A stretch of 59,912 bases of DNA, the filler included. It is 3 parts of 3 records of this genome, joined end to end, with 100 filler letters (N's around TTAATTAATTAA, not from the genome) between each part and the next. Parts side by side here need not be neighbours in the genome. Positions count along the whole stretch, not along the records: positions 1 to 29,491 come from SRR22947725_2448; positions 29,592 to 39,671 come from SRR22947725_2452; 1 more part is not named here. One strand, written 5' to 3'. Of the stretch, positions 28,896 through 38,469 are shown piece by piece. Position 1 is the stretch's first letter. Each line of letters opens with the position of its first letter. A model generated the notes under the pieces. That model saw only the letters and a program-made list of their open reading frames with translations. It did no database searches and was not told the origin of the DNA. The translations under genes were made by a program, and so were the position numbers.

Positions 28896-29092
28896 AACGA
28901 AAATTCTAGGTCAAAAGGGCCAAAATTCAAAGAAAGTTAAAAATTTAAATAAACTGCGAATCATTACCACCTGTTTTCTTTATTCAGTCGCCCCTGAAGA
29001 ACTCCCATTACTTATATAAGTATTGGTTTTTTTGAAGTTTTGGGTTCGTTAAAACGAGCTGGTAAATGCCTATTAACCCGAAGTTCCGGTGA

Positions 29093-29491
29093 AAACTGCC
29101 AGAGGAAACGATTAAAGCCTACTTGAAGGATCTCATGATTTATTGGCGTGTGCTTCTTCAAAAGCGCACGGATAAAAATAAAATCTATTCCCTGCATGAC
29201 CCACAAGTCTATTGCCTAGTCAAAGGTAAGATACACAAAAAATACGAATTTGGCAGCAAAGCATCAGTAGGCATCACAGCTGAGAGTGGAGTCATTGTAA
29301 GTGCCGTTTCACATCCAAAGAACATTTATGATGGCCACACACCCCCAGAAGTGTTGGAACCGGCAGAATCCATCATGAGACAAAGACCGAAGGTTGCCAT
29401 CGCAGATAGAGGCTACCGAGAAGTGGATGAAATTAATGGGACAACCATCTTAACACCGAAACCTGCGGACAAGGATGCTACTGCGGCTGAA
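29093..29491 (+). mobile_element. IS5-family transposase remnant (N-terminally broken, cut by contig end)
   Basis: KNKIYSLH.P.V..L.KGK.HKKYEFG.K, N.YDGHT and ADRGYR motifs; in-frame TGA at 29090-29092 and no recognisable N-terminal half. Confidence 0.8.
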
Positions 29492-29591
29492 NNNNNNNNN
29501 NNNNNNNNNNNNNNNNNNNNNNNNNNNNNNNNNNNTTAATTAATTAANNNNNNNNNNNNNNNNNNNNNNNNNNNNNNNNNNNNNNNNNNNN
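29492..29591. other. Artificial contig spacer (N44-TTAATTAATTAA-N44)
   Basis: Exactly 100 nt, stops in all six frames; base composition and gene content change abruptly across it. Confidence 0.98.
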
Positions 29592-29637
29592 TTGCCGCCG
29601 TGAAAGGGCGGTGTCCTAACCGTTAGACGAAGGGACC
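29592..29637 (-). tRNA. tRNA-Glu(TTC), 5' part only (3' arm cut at contig end)
   Basis: Minus strand GGTCCCT TC GTCT AACGGTT AGGAC A CCGCC CTTTCAC GGCGG CAA: acceptor 5' strand, D arm and anticodon arm with TTC. Confidence 0.93.
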
Positions 29638-29648
29638 ATGTAAGAATG

Positions 29649-29677
29649 TTATTAACTTTAATTTAAAAAAAAATCAA
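29649..29677 (-). promoter_or_regulatory. Putative sigma70 promoter of tRNA-Glu
   Basis: Minus strand TTGATT-17 nt-TAATAA, ending 11 nt upstream of the tRNA 5' end. Confidence 0.4.
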
Positions 29678-31488
29678 GTATCATCTGCATAAATAATATC
29701 GTCCAACATCATTTCTAAAGATTTGCTATTATTCCAAGTATCTACGTTTAATCTCCCTAAAAAACTCAAGTTTATATTTTCGTAATTATCGAAAATTTTA
29801 TTTAAGGGGCTATTAAGAGTATTAAACTTTTTAACTTTTAATTTTGTAGATGATCTATCAGTAATATAAAATGATATGTGTTCTTTATTAGATCCAAATT
29901 TTCTTAAAGATGAAATCTTAGAATTAGGAATGATAAATTTAGGCTCTTCCATATCAGTTCCCCATGGCCCTAAATCTTCTAACCACTTCGCTAATTTTAT
30001 AGTGCATCCAGAAATTGGAATAACTGATGCAGCAAAATGTTTGACTTTAGGAATTTCTCTATTCATAAGTGAATTTACTTTTCCGATTAAAAAATCGCTA
30101 AATGCATTTATTTTATCTTGTTTAACCGTAAAGCCAGCAGCCATATCATGACCTCCGCCTGAATGGATAATTTTTAATTTGGAGGCTTCTAAAATTATAT
30201 CACCTAAAGGGATACCATTAATAGATCTTCCGGAACCTTTACAAATTCCATTTTGATTTATAGAAATCACGCATACAGGTCGATTATATAACTCTTTCAT
30301 TTTACCAGCTACAATACCAATTATTCCTTCATGAAAATCATTACCACTTACTACTATTGCGTTTGGTATGATATTATTATTAATATTTATAATTTTTTCA
30401 ATTTGTCCAATGACTGATTTTTCTAATTCAGCAGTTAATAATCTTCTTTTTTTATTTAAGTCATCTAATTTACAAGCAATCTCAAGTGATTTAATTTCAT
30501 CAGTCTCTTTTAAAAGATAAACACCTAACTCACTATTACCTATCCTTCCTCCAGCGTTTATTCTAGGCCCTAAAGAAAAACCTAATGCCTGAGTGTTAGG
30601 TTGATTATTAACTTTGCTTACATCACATAAAGCTTTGATACCTAGGTTCTCTCTCTTTTTCATCACTGATAAACCTTGTTTTACGAAAGCTCTGTTTAAA
30701 CCTTTTAATGGAACCACATCACATACAGTTCCTAAAGCAACAAGGTCTAAAAATTTAAATAAATCTGGTTCTTTTTTATTTCTAAAAAAACCTTTCCTTC
30801 TTAATTCTCTGTTTAAACCAATTAAAAAAATGAAGCTAACACCTGCAGCACATAAATCTTCAAATCCTTTTTGAGTGTCAATTCTTTTAGGATTTATAAT
30901 TGCATATGCTGGCGGTAGGACAGTATCTGGAATATGATGATCTATAACAATAAGATCTAAGTTAACTGAACTCATTGCTTTCAAAGGCTCAAAAGAAGAA
31001 ATTCCGCAATCTACAGTCAGAATTAACTCAGCACCTTTTTCATGCAAACCTTTAAGCGCCGTCTCATTAGGACCATAACCTTCTAAAAATCTATCAGGAA
31101 TATGAATAAATGTTTTACATCCACAATACTCTAAATAATTTGCTATCAAAGCTGCTGAAGTTGCACCATCAACGTCATAATCACCAAAAATTCCAATTGG
31201 TCTAGAGTGAAGTACTTCTTCTGCTAATCTATTAACGCCCTTTTCTAAATCTTGAAATACAAATGGATCAGGTAATAAGTTCTTTATTTTAGGAAACAGA
31301 AAATCATCAAAATTTTCAAAGTTCATACCTTTAAATGATAAATATGGAGAAATATAATTAGGTATTTTGTGTTTTTGATATAAGTAATCAACTAATCTAT
31401 GAGTTTCATTATCTAAAGTTAGCAAATACCATTCGGCATCCAAAATAGATGGTTTAGAATTATATAATTTAGTATTATCAAATGTCAT
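29674..31488 (-). CDS. recJ: Single-stranded-DNA exonuclease RecJ
   Basis: GDYDVDG, EGYG, TVDCG, IDHH, PRINAGGR, GSGRS and GGGH motifs. Confidence 0.96.
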   Translation of the reverse strand: MTFDNTKLYNSKPSILDAEWYLLTLDNETHRLVDYLYQKHKIPNYISPYLSFKGMNFENFDDFLFPKIKNLLPDPFVFQDLEKGVNRLAEEVLHSRPIGIFGDYDVDGATSAALIANYLEYCGCKTFIHIPDRFLEGYGPNETALKGLHEKGAELILTVDCGISSFEPLKAMSSVNLDLIVIDHHIPDTVLPPAYAIINPKRIDTQKGFEDLCAAGVSFIFLIGLNRELRRKGFFRNKKEPDLFKFLDLVALGTVCDVVPLKGLNRAFVKQGLSVMKKRENLGIKALCDVSKVNNQPNTQALGFSLGPRINAGGRIGNSELGVYLLKETDEIKSLEIACKLDDLNKKRRLLTAELEKSVIGQIEKIININNNIIPNAIVVSGNDFHEGIIGIVAGKMKELYNRPVCVISINQNGICKGSGRSINGIPLGDIILEASKLKIIHSGGGHDMAAGFTVKQDKINAFSDFLIGKVNSLMNREIPKVKHFAASVIPISGCTIKLAKWLEDLGPWGTDMEEPKFIIPNSKISSLRKFGSNKEHISFYITDRSSTKLKVKKFNTLNSPLNKIFDNYENINLSFLGRLNVDTWNNSKSLEMMLDDIIYADDT

Positions 31489-31499
31489 AAATTAATTTA

Positions 31500-32798
31500 T
31501 TATGAGTATATACTTAAACAAACAGGATCTGAAATTACTCCATCTAACTTATTTATAGATAAAAGCGCCTTATCTAGCATTAATTTATTAGCTTCATGAG
31601 TGATTATAACTAATTCAGCAGTTTTGTCTTCATGATTAGATTTTTGAATAAAACTTTCAATTGACAATTCGTGATCCCTAAAAATAGAAGTAAGACTTGC
31701 AAGCACACCAGATTTATCAATCACATTGAGCCTTAAGTAAAATCTAAATTTTTCAGTATAAGTATTTGTTTTATAATTATTTTTTATTTTAGATGAATTT
31801 CTACCAAAAGACAGTAATTTTGTTCTATTTGCAAAATCAACAATATCAGCTAGTACAGCAGATGCAGTAGGTTCTCCTCCAGCCCCCGCTCCAGTAATCA
31901 TAACACTACCAGCCAAACTAGATTGAACTTGAACTGCATTAAGTACTCCAGAAACATTAGACAGCCCGTAACTTTTGGGAATTAACCATGGCTCTACTGA
32001 ACAGAAGAACTCTTCTTTACTACTTTTATTAAATGAGACTTCTGAATTACCTAGCAATTTAATTTTATATCCCAGTTCTGAACAATATTTAATATCATTT
32101 AAAGTAATATTTCTAATGCCTTTTATAGATAAATTATTGATATCTGGCATTTTGCCATAAGCAAGACCTGATAATATAATAGTCTTGTGAGCAGCATCAA
32201 TTCCATCTATATCAAATGAAGGGTCAGCTTCTGCATATCCTTTTTTTTGAGCATCTACAAGCACCTCATCAAAGTCTTTTTCATTTAACTCCATTTCTGA
32301 TAAAATATAGTTAGCTGTACCATTTAATATTCCAGTTACTTTTGTGATGTCGTTTACGATTAAACCTTCTCTAATCAACTTTAAAATAGGAATACCACCT
32401 GCAACAGAAGCTTCGAAAGAGAAAAATAGGTTATTATTTTCAGCTATCTCAGCAAGCTCTTTTCCATACTTGGCGATTAAAGCTTTATTAGCCGTTATAA
32501 GCCCTTTTTTATTATTGAGTGCTGAAAAACATAAATCCTTGGCAACACCCTCATCACCACCAATTAATTCAACAATAACATCTATGTCAGGAGAATTGGT
32601 CATAGAAACTGGGTTATCAAAAAAAGGTATGTTTTCAGTGTCTATCTTTCTTTTTTTATCTTTAGATTTTGCAGAAATACCATGTAACTCAATTTTAAAT
32701 TGATCGTTTTGTACTCTGAAACCTTTTATCAGTTGATATGCAACCTCTTCGCCTACATTACCAAGTCCTGCAATTCCAATTTTAATGGGCTTCATCAT
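31500..32798 (-). CDS. hom: Homoserine dehydrogenase with C-terminal ACT domain
   Basis: GLGNVG, TANKA, EASVAGGIP, GILNGT.NYIL, GYAEADP and GAGAG motifs. Confidence 0.95.
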   Translation of the reverse strand: MMKPIKIGIAGLGNVGEEVAYQLIKGFRVQNDQFKIELHGISAKSKDKKRKIDTENIPFFDNPVSMTNSPDIDVIVELIGGDEGVAKDLCFSALNNKKGLITANKALIAKYGKELAEIAENNNLFFSFEASVAGGIPILKLIREGLIVNDITKVTGILNGTANYILSEMELNEKDFDEVLVDAQKKGYAEADPSFDIDGIDAAHKTIILSGLAYGKMPDINNLSIKGIRNITLNDIKYCSELGYKIKLLGNSEVSFNKSSKEEFFCSVEPWLIPKSYGLSNVSGVLNAVQVQSSLAGSVMITGAGAGGEPTASAVLADIVDFANRTKLLSFGRNSSKIKNNYKTNTYTEKFRFYLRLNVIDKSGVLASLTSIFRDHELSIESFIQKSNHEDKTAELVIITHEANKLMLDKALLSINKLDGVISDPVCLSIYS

Positions 32799-32850
32799 GT
32801 AATCCTATTTTAAATAACTATTTAGAACATTTATATATTAATTAATAAAC

Positions 32851-32878
32851 AAAAAAAGGTGTGCAAAGCACACCTTTT
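32851..32878 (-). terminator. Rho-independent terminator after rpsI
   Basis: AAAAGGTGTGC-(3 nt)-GCACACCTTTT perfect hairpin with a T7 run on the minus strand, about 20 nt after the rpsI stop. Confidence 0.85.
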
Positions 32879-32899
32879 AATAAAAAATAATAACAAAAA

Positions 32900-33388
32900 T
32901 TATCTTTTAGAAAATTGAAAGCTTTTCCTTGCCTTTGCTCTTCCGTATTTTTTACGTTCAACCACTCTTGAATCTCTAGTTAACATCCCAGCTACTTTTA
33001 AGGGTTTTCTTAAATCGGGCTCAAATAAACTTAAAGCCCTACTCAAGCCATGCCTTACAGCACCAGCCTGTCCTGACAGGCCACCACCTTTAACAGTGGC
33101 AATAACATCAAATTGATCTTTTCTTTCTGTTACATCAAATACAAAATTTAATTGCATTTGTAATACAGGTCTAGCAAAATATAGAGGCATATCTTTGCCA
33201 TTTATTGTTATTTTTCCTGTACCTCTTTTAACCCAAACTCTTGCAGTAGACTCTTTCCTTCTACCAGTTGAATATGATCTGCCTAATTTATCAATTTTAG
33301 GTTCACGCTCTATCGAAGAATTTTCTTCAGTTTGGTTTAATTTTGATAAATCACTTAAATTATTAATATCTTTGTTCTCTTCAGTCAT
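32900..33388 (-). CDS. rpsI: 30S ribosomal protein S9
   Basis: [19 protein letters not shown] and ERKKYG...QFSKR motifs; alphaproteobacterial N-terminal extension. Confidence 0.98.
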   Translation of the reverse strand: MTEENKDINNLSDLSKLNQTEENSSIEREPKIDKLGRSYSTGRRKESTARVWVKRGTGKITINGKDMPLYFARPVLQMQLNFVFDVTERKDQFDVIATVKGGGLSGQAGAVRHGLSRALSLFEPDLRKPLKVAGMLTRDSRVVERKKYGRAKARKSFQFSKR

Positions 33389-33399
33389 TACAAAAACCC

Positions 33400-33864
33400 T
33401 TAACTATTTTTTCTATTCATAGATTTAACATCTAGAACTTTTGGAGATTGAGCTTCATGCGGATGTGAATTACCAGCATATAAATGCAGCTGCCTCATAA
33501 CTTGCCTGCCAAGTGGCCCCCTTGGAATCATTCTCTCAACGGCCTTTTTAAGAACTCTATCAGGGAACCTACCATCTAGTATTTTATCAGCTTTTCTCTC
33601 TTTAATTCCCCCAGGGTAGCCTGTATGCCAGTAATAAGTCTTTTGAGTTCTTTTATTACCTGTTAAAACTACCTTTTCACAGTTGATAACAATTACATTA
33701 TCTCCACAAGCCATGTGAGGAGTAAAACCAACTTTATGTTTTCCCCTTAACCTATTAGCAATAATAACTGCTAAACGTCCTAAAACTAGTCCTTCAGCGT
33801 CAACTACAAACCAATCTTTTGTAATGTCTGAGGGCTTGGCTGTATAAGTACCTTTTAAAGCCAT
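33400..33864 (-). CDS. rplM: 50S ribosomal protein L13
   Basis: VDA...LGRLA, GKHK..FTPH, HTGYPGG and HPHEAQ motifs. Confidence 0.98.
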   Translation of the reverse strand: MALKGTYTAKPSDITKDWFVVDAEGLVLGRLAVIIANRLRGKHKVGFTPHMACGDNVIVINCEKVVLTGNKRTQKTYYWHTGYPGGIKERKADKILDGRFPDRVLKKAVERMIPRGPLGRQVMRQLHLYAGNSHPHEAQSPKVLDVKSMNRKNS

Positions 33865-34102
33865 TTAATTTCCTTTTGAATTATATTAAAGTAATTTTCT
33901 ATTTTCTACATTTTTAATGTTGTACAGTCAACATATTTAAATTAAATTAAATCATTTATTTTCAAAGACTTAATTAAGTGAGTTCTATAGTACCACATTA
34001 TAATAAACAAATAAAAAATATAATGTTGATTAATTAAAATATTGTAATTCGTTAAAATATAAGATTAATTATCAAATGCAACAATGAGGGAAAAGAAAAC
34101 TG

Positions 34103-35125
34103 ATGGAAAGCTATGAAAATTTTAAAAATCTTCTTAAAATAATAACTGATGGGAAAAAGTTAAATCACCAACAAAGTAAATTAGCTTTTGAAATAATCAT
34201 GAGTGGTAAAGCGACAGATTCACAAATTTCATCATTCTTAACGGCAATTAAAATGCAAGATCACAATCCTATTATGATTGCAGCTGGCGCAGAAATCATG
34301 CGTGAAAAATGTTTAAAAATAACATCTAAGGATAACACAATTGATGTTGTGGGCACTGGTGGAGATAATTTAGGAACTTTAAATATTTCAACAGCAGTTT
34401 CATTTGTTCTAGCAGGAACTAACGTTCCAGTTGCAAAACATGGAAATTATTCTGCAACGTCAAAATCTGGAGCTGCAAATGTTTTAAAATCACTTTCGGT
34501 TAATATTGACTGTGACATAAATATGGTTGAGAAGTGCCTGCACGAAATTGGAATATGTTTTTTACTAGCTCCTAAACATCATACAGCTATGAAATATGTT
34601 GGGAAAATAAGACAAGAAATAGGTATAAGGACAATTTTTAATCTTCTTGGACCACTGTCTAATCCAGCTTTAGTTAAAAAGCAGCTACTGGGTGTGTACG
34701 ATAAAACATTAATTATGCCATTTGCTCAGTCTTTACAAAAATTAGGATCAACAGATGCTTGGATTGTTCATGGCAGTGATGGATTGGACGAAGTAACTAT
34801 AACTGGGGAAACTTACTGCGCACAATTAAAAGACGGTGAGATAAATGAATTTTTAATACACCCATCTGACATAAATTTACCAACTGCCAGATTAAGTGAT
34901 ATAATAGGAGGAGAACCAGAGGAAAATGCAAAAGAAATTATAACTTTATTAAATGGTAAAAAAAGTGCTTTTAGAGATGTTGTAATACTTAATTCAGCAT
35001 CAGCGTTATTAGCGACTGGAAACGCTTCTAATTTAGAAGAAGCGGCAACTAAAGCAATTCTATCTATTGATAATGGTAAAGCTTTAGAAAAACTGAATAT
35101 GCTAATAAACATGACTAATGATTAA
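34103..35125 (+). CDS. trpD: Anthranilate phosphoribosyltransferase
   Basis: GTGGD, NIST, KHGN, RTIFNLLGPL.NP and DGLDE motifs. Confidence 0.96.
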   Translation: MESYENFKNLLKIITDGKKLNHQQSKLAFEIIMSGKATDSQISSFLTAIKMQDHNPIMIAAGAEIMREKCLKITSKDNTIDVVGTGGDNLGTLNISTAVSFVLAGTNVPVAKHGNYSATSKSGAANVLKSLSVNIDCDINMVEKCLHEIGICFLLAPKHHTAMKYVGKIRQEIGIRTIFNLLGPLSNPALVKKQLLGVYDKTLIMPFAQSLQKLGSTDAWIVHGSDGLDEVTITGETYCAQLKDGEINEFLIHPSDINLPTARLSDIIGGEPEENAKEIITLLNGKKSAFRDVVILNSASALLATGNASNLEEAATKAILSIDNGKALEKLNMLINMTND

Positions 35126-35137
35126 GGCTTAGGATAA

Positions 35138-35926
35138 ATGTTAACAAAATTACAAGAAATTATAAATTATAAAAAAGAAGAGCTTTTATTCAAGAAAGAA
35201 AAAACAACAGAGCAAGAGCTTGAATTTCAAATAGATAAACAAGAAAAACCTAAAGCATTTATTAAAACTTTAGACAATCCTAATCAATTAAATTTGATAG
35301 CTGAAATTAAAAAAGCTTCTCCGAGCAAGGGCTTAATCAGAAATGACTTTAATCCAACAGAGCTGGCTGAAAATTATAAAAATGGAACTGCTTCCTGTTT
35401 GTCAGTTTTAACTGATGAAAAATATTTTCAAGGTCACGATAAATATATCAAAATGGTAAAAGATAAAGTTGATTTACCAGTATTGAGAAAAGACTTTATA
35501 ATTGATCCATGGCAAATCAAAGAGTCTCGGGCGTTAGGTGCTGATTGTATCTTATTAATTATGGCAGCTCTTACTATTGATGAGGCTAAATTATTAGAAA
35601 ATGAAGCTTATAACTATGATATGGACGTATTAGTTGAAACTCATACTTATGAAGAAATAATAATGGCAAATAAATTAAAAACTAATTTAGTAGGTATAAA
35701 TAATAGAAACTTAAAAACCATGGAAGTTGATATAAATAATACTATAAATTTAAAGAAACATATAGATACTGATAAACTCATTGTTGCTGAAAGTGGACTA
35801 AAAAATCATCAAGATTTAATTATGTTAAAAGAAAATAGTGTTAATATATTTTTAATTGGTGAGAGTTTAATGAAAAAACCAGACGTTACGTCAGCTACTA
35901 AAGAAATTTTAGGAGTAAAAAATTGA
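35138..35926 (+). CDS. trpC: Indole-3-glycerol phosphate synthase
   Basis: IAEIKKASPSKG, SVLTD, LRKDF, GINNRNL and AESG motifs. Confidence 0.96.
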   Translation: MLTKLQEIINYKKEELLFKKEKTTEQELEFQIDKQEKPKAFIKTLDNPNQLNLIAEIKKASPSKGLIRNDFNPTELAENYKNGTASCLSVLTDEKYFQGHDKYIKMVKDKVDLPVLRKDFIIDPWQIKESRALGADCILLIMAALTIDEAKLLENEAYNYDMDVLVETHTYEEIIMANKLKTNLVGINNRNLKTMEVDINNTINLKKHIDTDKLIVAESGLKNHQDLIMLKENSVNIFLIGESLMKKPDVTSATKEILGVKN

Positions 35927-36408
35927 CTGAAAAAGAATTAACTCACTTCAATGATGATGGTGATCCAAGTATGGTTGATATTAACCACAAAGAAAATACT
36001 GTCAGAGTTGCTAGGGCTACTGGTAAAATTACTATGAAACCAGAAACTCTTAAAAAAATATTAGATATTAAAATCAAAAAAGGCGAAGTACTTAATATTG
36101 CTAAACTAGCAGGAATTATGGCTGCAAAAAAAACAGATCAATTAATACCACTATGTCATACTATACCTCTTTCATATGTAAATATGGATTTACAAACTGA
36201 TAAAAAAAAATCATGCATAAAGGTAATAGCAGAGGCATCCTTAATTGGTAAAACTGGAGTTGAAATGGAAGCATTTACCGCAGTGTCAATTGCACTATTA
36301 ACTATCTATGACATGTGTAAAGCAGTTGATAGAGGAATGATAATATCAGACATAAAACTTACTCACAAATCTGGAGGAAAATCAGGAGAATTCAATGCCT
36401 GCATCTAA
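35923..36408 (+). CDS. moaC: Cyclic pyranopterin monophosphate synthase MoaC
   Basis: LTHF...MVD, LIPLCH, TGVEMEA, YDMCKA and KSGGKSG motifs. Confidence 0.96.
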   Translation: MTEKELTHFNDDGDPSMVDINHKENTVRVARATGKITMKPETLKKILDIKIKKGEVLNIAKLAGIMAAKKTDQLIPLCHTIPLSYVNMDLQTDKKKSCIKVIAEASLIGKTGVEMEAFTAVSIALLTIYDMCKAVDRGMIISDIKLTHKSGGKSGEFNACI

Positions 36409-37648
36409 ATTAATATCTTTAGATGTAGCCATTAGAAATATTAAATCTAATTTTAAAAAAATTAGCAATGAAGACGTGTTTCTTCAAAACTCCTTAGGTA
36501 GATGTCTAGCTGAACCCATTTATAGTAAAATTGATAATCCAAAATATGATGTTTCTTCTATGGACGGCTATGCTATAAATTTCAAAGACTTTACTGAATT
36601 AAACTCTAAAAACAACTCTAAAAAAGCTATAAATTTTAAGGTTATTGGTGAATCTTCTGCAGGTAATCCATTCGAAAAAAAAATTAAAAATTTTGAAGCA
36701 GTTAGAATTTTTACTGGAGCAAAAGTACCACGAGGATGTGATGTTGTTATCATTCAGGAAAATGTTCATCCTTCAAGCGATCAAAAATATATTTCAACAC
36801 AATCAAACGTAATAAAATATCAAAATATTAGAAAAAAAGGTTTAGATTTCAAAAAAGGTGAATGTATTTTTAAAATTGGGTCATTAATTAAGTCTAGACA
36901 TATAGGCTCTATTGCGATGACCGGACAAACGTGGGTAACTGTATCAAGAAAACCAGTTGTTTCAATACTATCTACTGGTAATGAAATTTTAAGAGTAGGA
37001 GAACAACTAACAAAAGATCAAATACCAAGTGGAAACAACTTAATGCTAGCTGCAATGGTTACTCAGTTTGGAGGAATACCAAGAATTTTACCTATTGCAG
37101 ATGACAATGAAGATAGTATTTATAATATTTTAAATAAGGCTCTTGATAGTGACTTAATAGTAACCACTGGTGGAGTTTCTGTTGGTAAATATGATCTTAT
37201 TCAAAAGGCTTTACAAAATTTTGAAGGTAAAAGTCAAAATGAATTTTGGAAAGTTGCAATGAGACCTGGAAAACCTCTGTTATTTTCTATAATTGATAAT
37301 ACTCCTCTTATTGGGCTGCCAGGAAACCCTGTATCAAGTGGTGTATGTTCTTTGATTTTCGTAAATGTAGCAATTAGGTCAATGTTGGGTATTACAGAAA
37401 AATACCCAATATTTGAAAAAATTACTTTAGATGGCACCCTGCCTGTTAATGATGAAAGAATGGATTTTGTTAGAGCTAAGATTAATATTGAAGATGGAAA
37501 TCTTTTAGCTACGCCCATAAATAAACAGGATAGTTCAATGATTACACAGTTTTCATATTCTGATTGTTTAATTGTAAGAGATCCTTTTGAAGGCGTTAAA
37601 AATAAAGGTGAAATAGTAAAGATATTAAGATTTCCTAACAATATTTAA
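36395..37648 (+). CDS. moeA: Molybdopterin molybdotransferase MoeA
   Basis: SSMDGYA, RIFTGA, STGNE, TGGVSVG.YD, RPGKP and LPGNPVS motifs. Confidence 0.96.
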   Translation: MPASKLISLDVAIRNIKSNFKKISNEDVFLQNSLGRCLAEPIYSKIDNPKYDVSSMDGYAINFKDFTELNSKNNSKKAINFKVIGESSAGNPFEKKIKNFEAVRIFTGAKVPRGCDVVIIQENVHPSSDQKYISTQSNVIKYQNIRKKGLDFKKGECIFKIGSLIKSRHIGSIAMTGQTWVTVSRKPVVSILSTGNEILRVGEQLTKDQIPSGNNLMLAAMVTQFGGIPRILPIADDNEDSIYNILNKALDSDLIVTTGGVSVGKYDLIQKALQNFEGKSQNEFWKVAMRPGKPLLFSIIDNTPLIGLPGNPVSSGVCSLIFVNVAIRSMLGITEKYPIFEKITLDGTLPVNDERMDFVRAKINIEDGNLLATPINKQDSSMITQFSYSDCLIVRDPFEGVKNKGEIVKILRFPNNI

Positions 37649-37681
37649 AAAAACACTTGATGATTTGAACCTTATATGATA

Positions 37682-37696
37682 GAACAAAATAAGAAC
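37682..37696 (+). promoter_or_regulatory. Alphaproteobacterial LexA (SOS) box
   Basis: GAAC-AAAATAA-GAAC (GAAC-N7-GAAC direct repeat), 12 nt before the lexA ATG. It overlaps a putative -10 (TAGAAC) 17 nt after TTGATG at 37657. Confidence 0.85.
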
Positions 37697-37708
37697 ATAG
37701 AGGTTTTA

Positions 37709-38395
37709 ATGCTTACACTGAAACAAAATCAATTATTAAATTTCATTATTCTACGTATTGAAAAATATGGTGTATCTCCATCATATGAAGAAATGTGTGA
37801 GGAATTAGAGTTAAAGTCTAAATCTGGTATCAATAGAATTGTAAAATCTTTAGAAGAAAGAGGTTACATTGAACGTTTAGAAAATAAAGCAAGAGCAATA
37901 GCACCTAGGAAACATCCTAACGGACAGACTTATAACAGTGACGTAATTAATTTCAAAGATAAGTTTATTAATAAATACTCACATTCCTTAATTAAAAACC
38001 CTAAACCTCAAAAGGATCAAATTCCACTTCTTGGCAAAATTGCTGCAGGAACTCCGATTGAGGCAATATCTAATTATGGAGAATATTTAGATGTCCCCTC
38101 CTCATTTTTAACTTCTGAAGATTGTTATGCGCTTTATGTAGAAGGTGATTCAATGATTGATGAAGGTATTTTTGACGGAGATACAGTAATAATTGATAAA
38201 AAAACTAATATTAATAACGGTGATATAATTGTAGCTTTAATTGACAATGAAGAGGCTACATTAAAAAAATTTAGAAAAAAAGGTGATAGTATAGCTCTTG
38301 AACCAGCCAATAAAAATTATAAAACACAAATTTATGGACCTGATAGAATTGTCATACAAGGTAAAATGAGTGGTCTTATAAGAAGTTATAACTAA
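37709..38395 (+). CDS. lexA: SOS repressor LexA
   Basis: MLTLKQ start with a GAGG SD; PSYEEM...SKSG HTH; IAAG cleavage site; GDSM (Ser) and ATLK (Lys) catalytic dyad. Confidence 0.96.
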   Translation: MLTLKQNQLLNFIILRIEKYGVSPSYEEMCEELELKSKSGINRIVKSLEERGYIERLENKARAIAPRKHPNGQTYNSDVINFKDKFINKYSHSLIKNPKPQKDQIPLLGKIAAGTPIEAISNYGEYLDVPSSFLTSEDCYALYVEGDSMIDEGIFDGDTVIIDKKTNINNGDIIVALIDNEEATLKKFRKKGDSIALEPANKNYKTQIYGPDRIVIQGKMSGLIRSYN

Positions 38396-38469
38396 CTTTT
38401 AATTATTAGTCTTTAATTTATTTTAATTCTATGCCAATAGTATTTTTTAACTATTTTGTGAGTTTTATT

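Noticed and set aside
29536-29547. TTAATTAATTAA palindrome (also at 39716-39727)
   Set aside because: Synthetic six-frame stop linker inside N runs, not biological.
29093-29637. Transposase next to a tRNA suggesting an island integrated at tRNA-Glu
   Set aside because: The two lie on different contigs separated by the spacer.
34430-34485. TrpD KHGNY...GAAN variant as a sign of lost function
   Set aside because: All other motifs are intact and the gene sits in a normal trpD-trpC context; likely natural variation.
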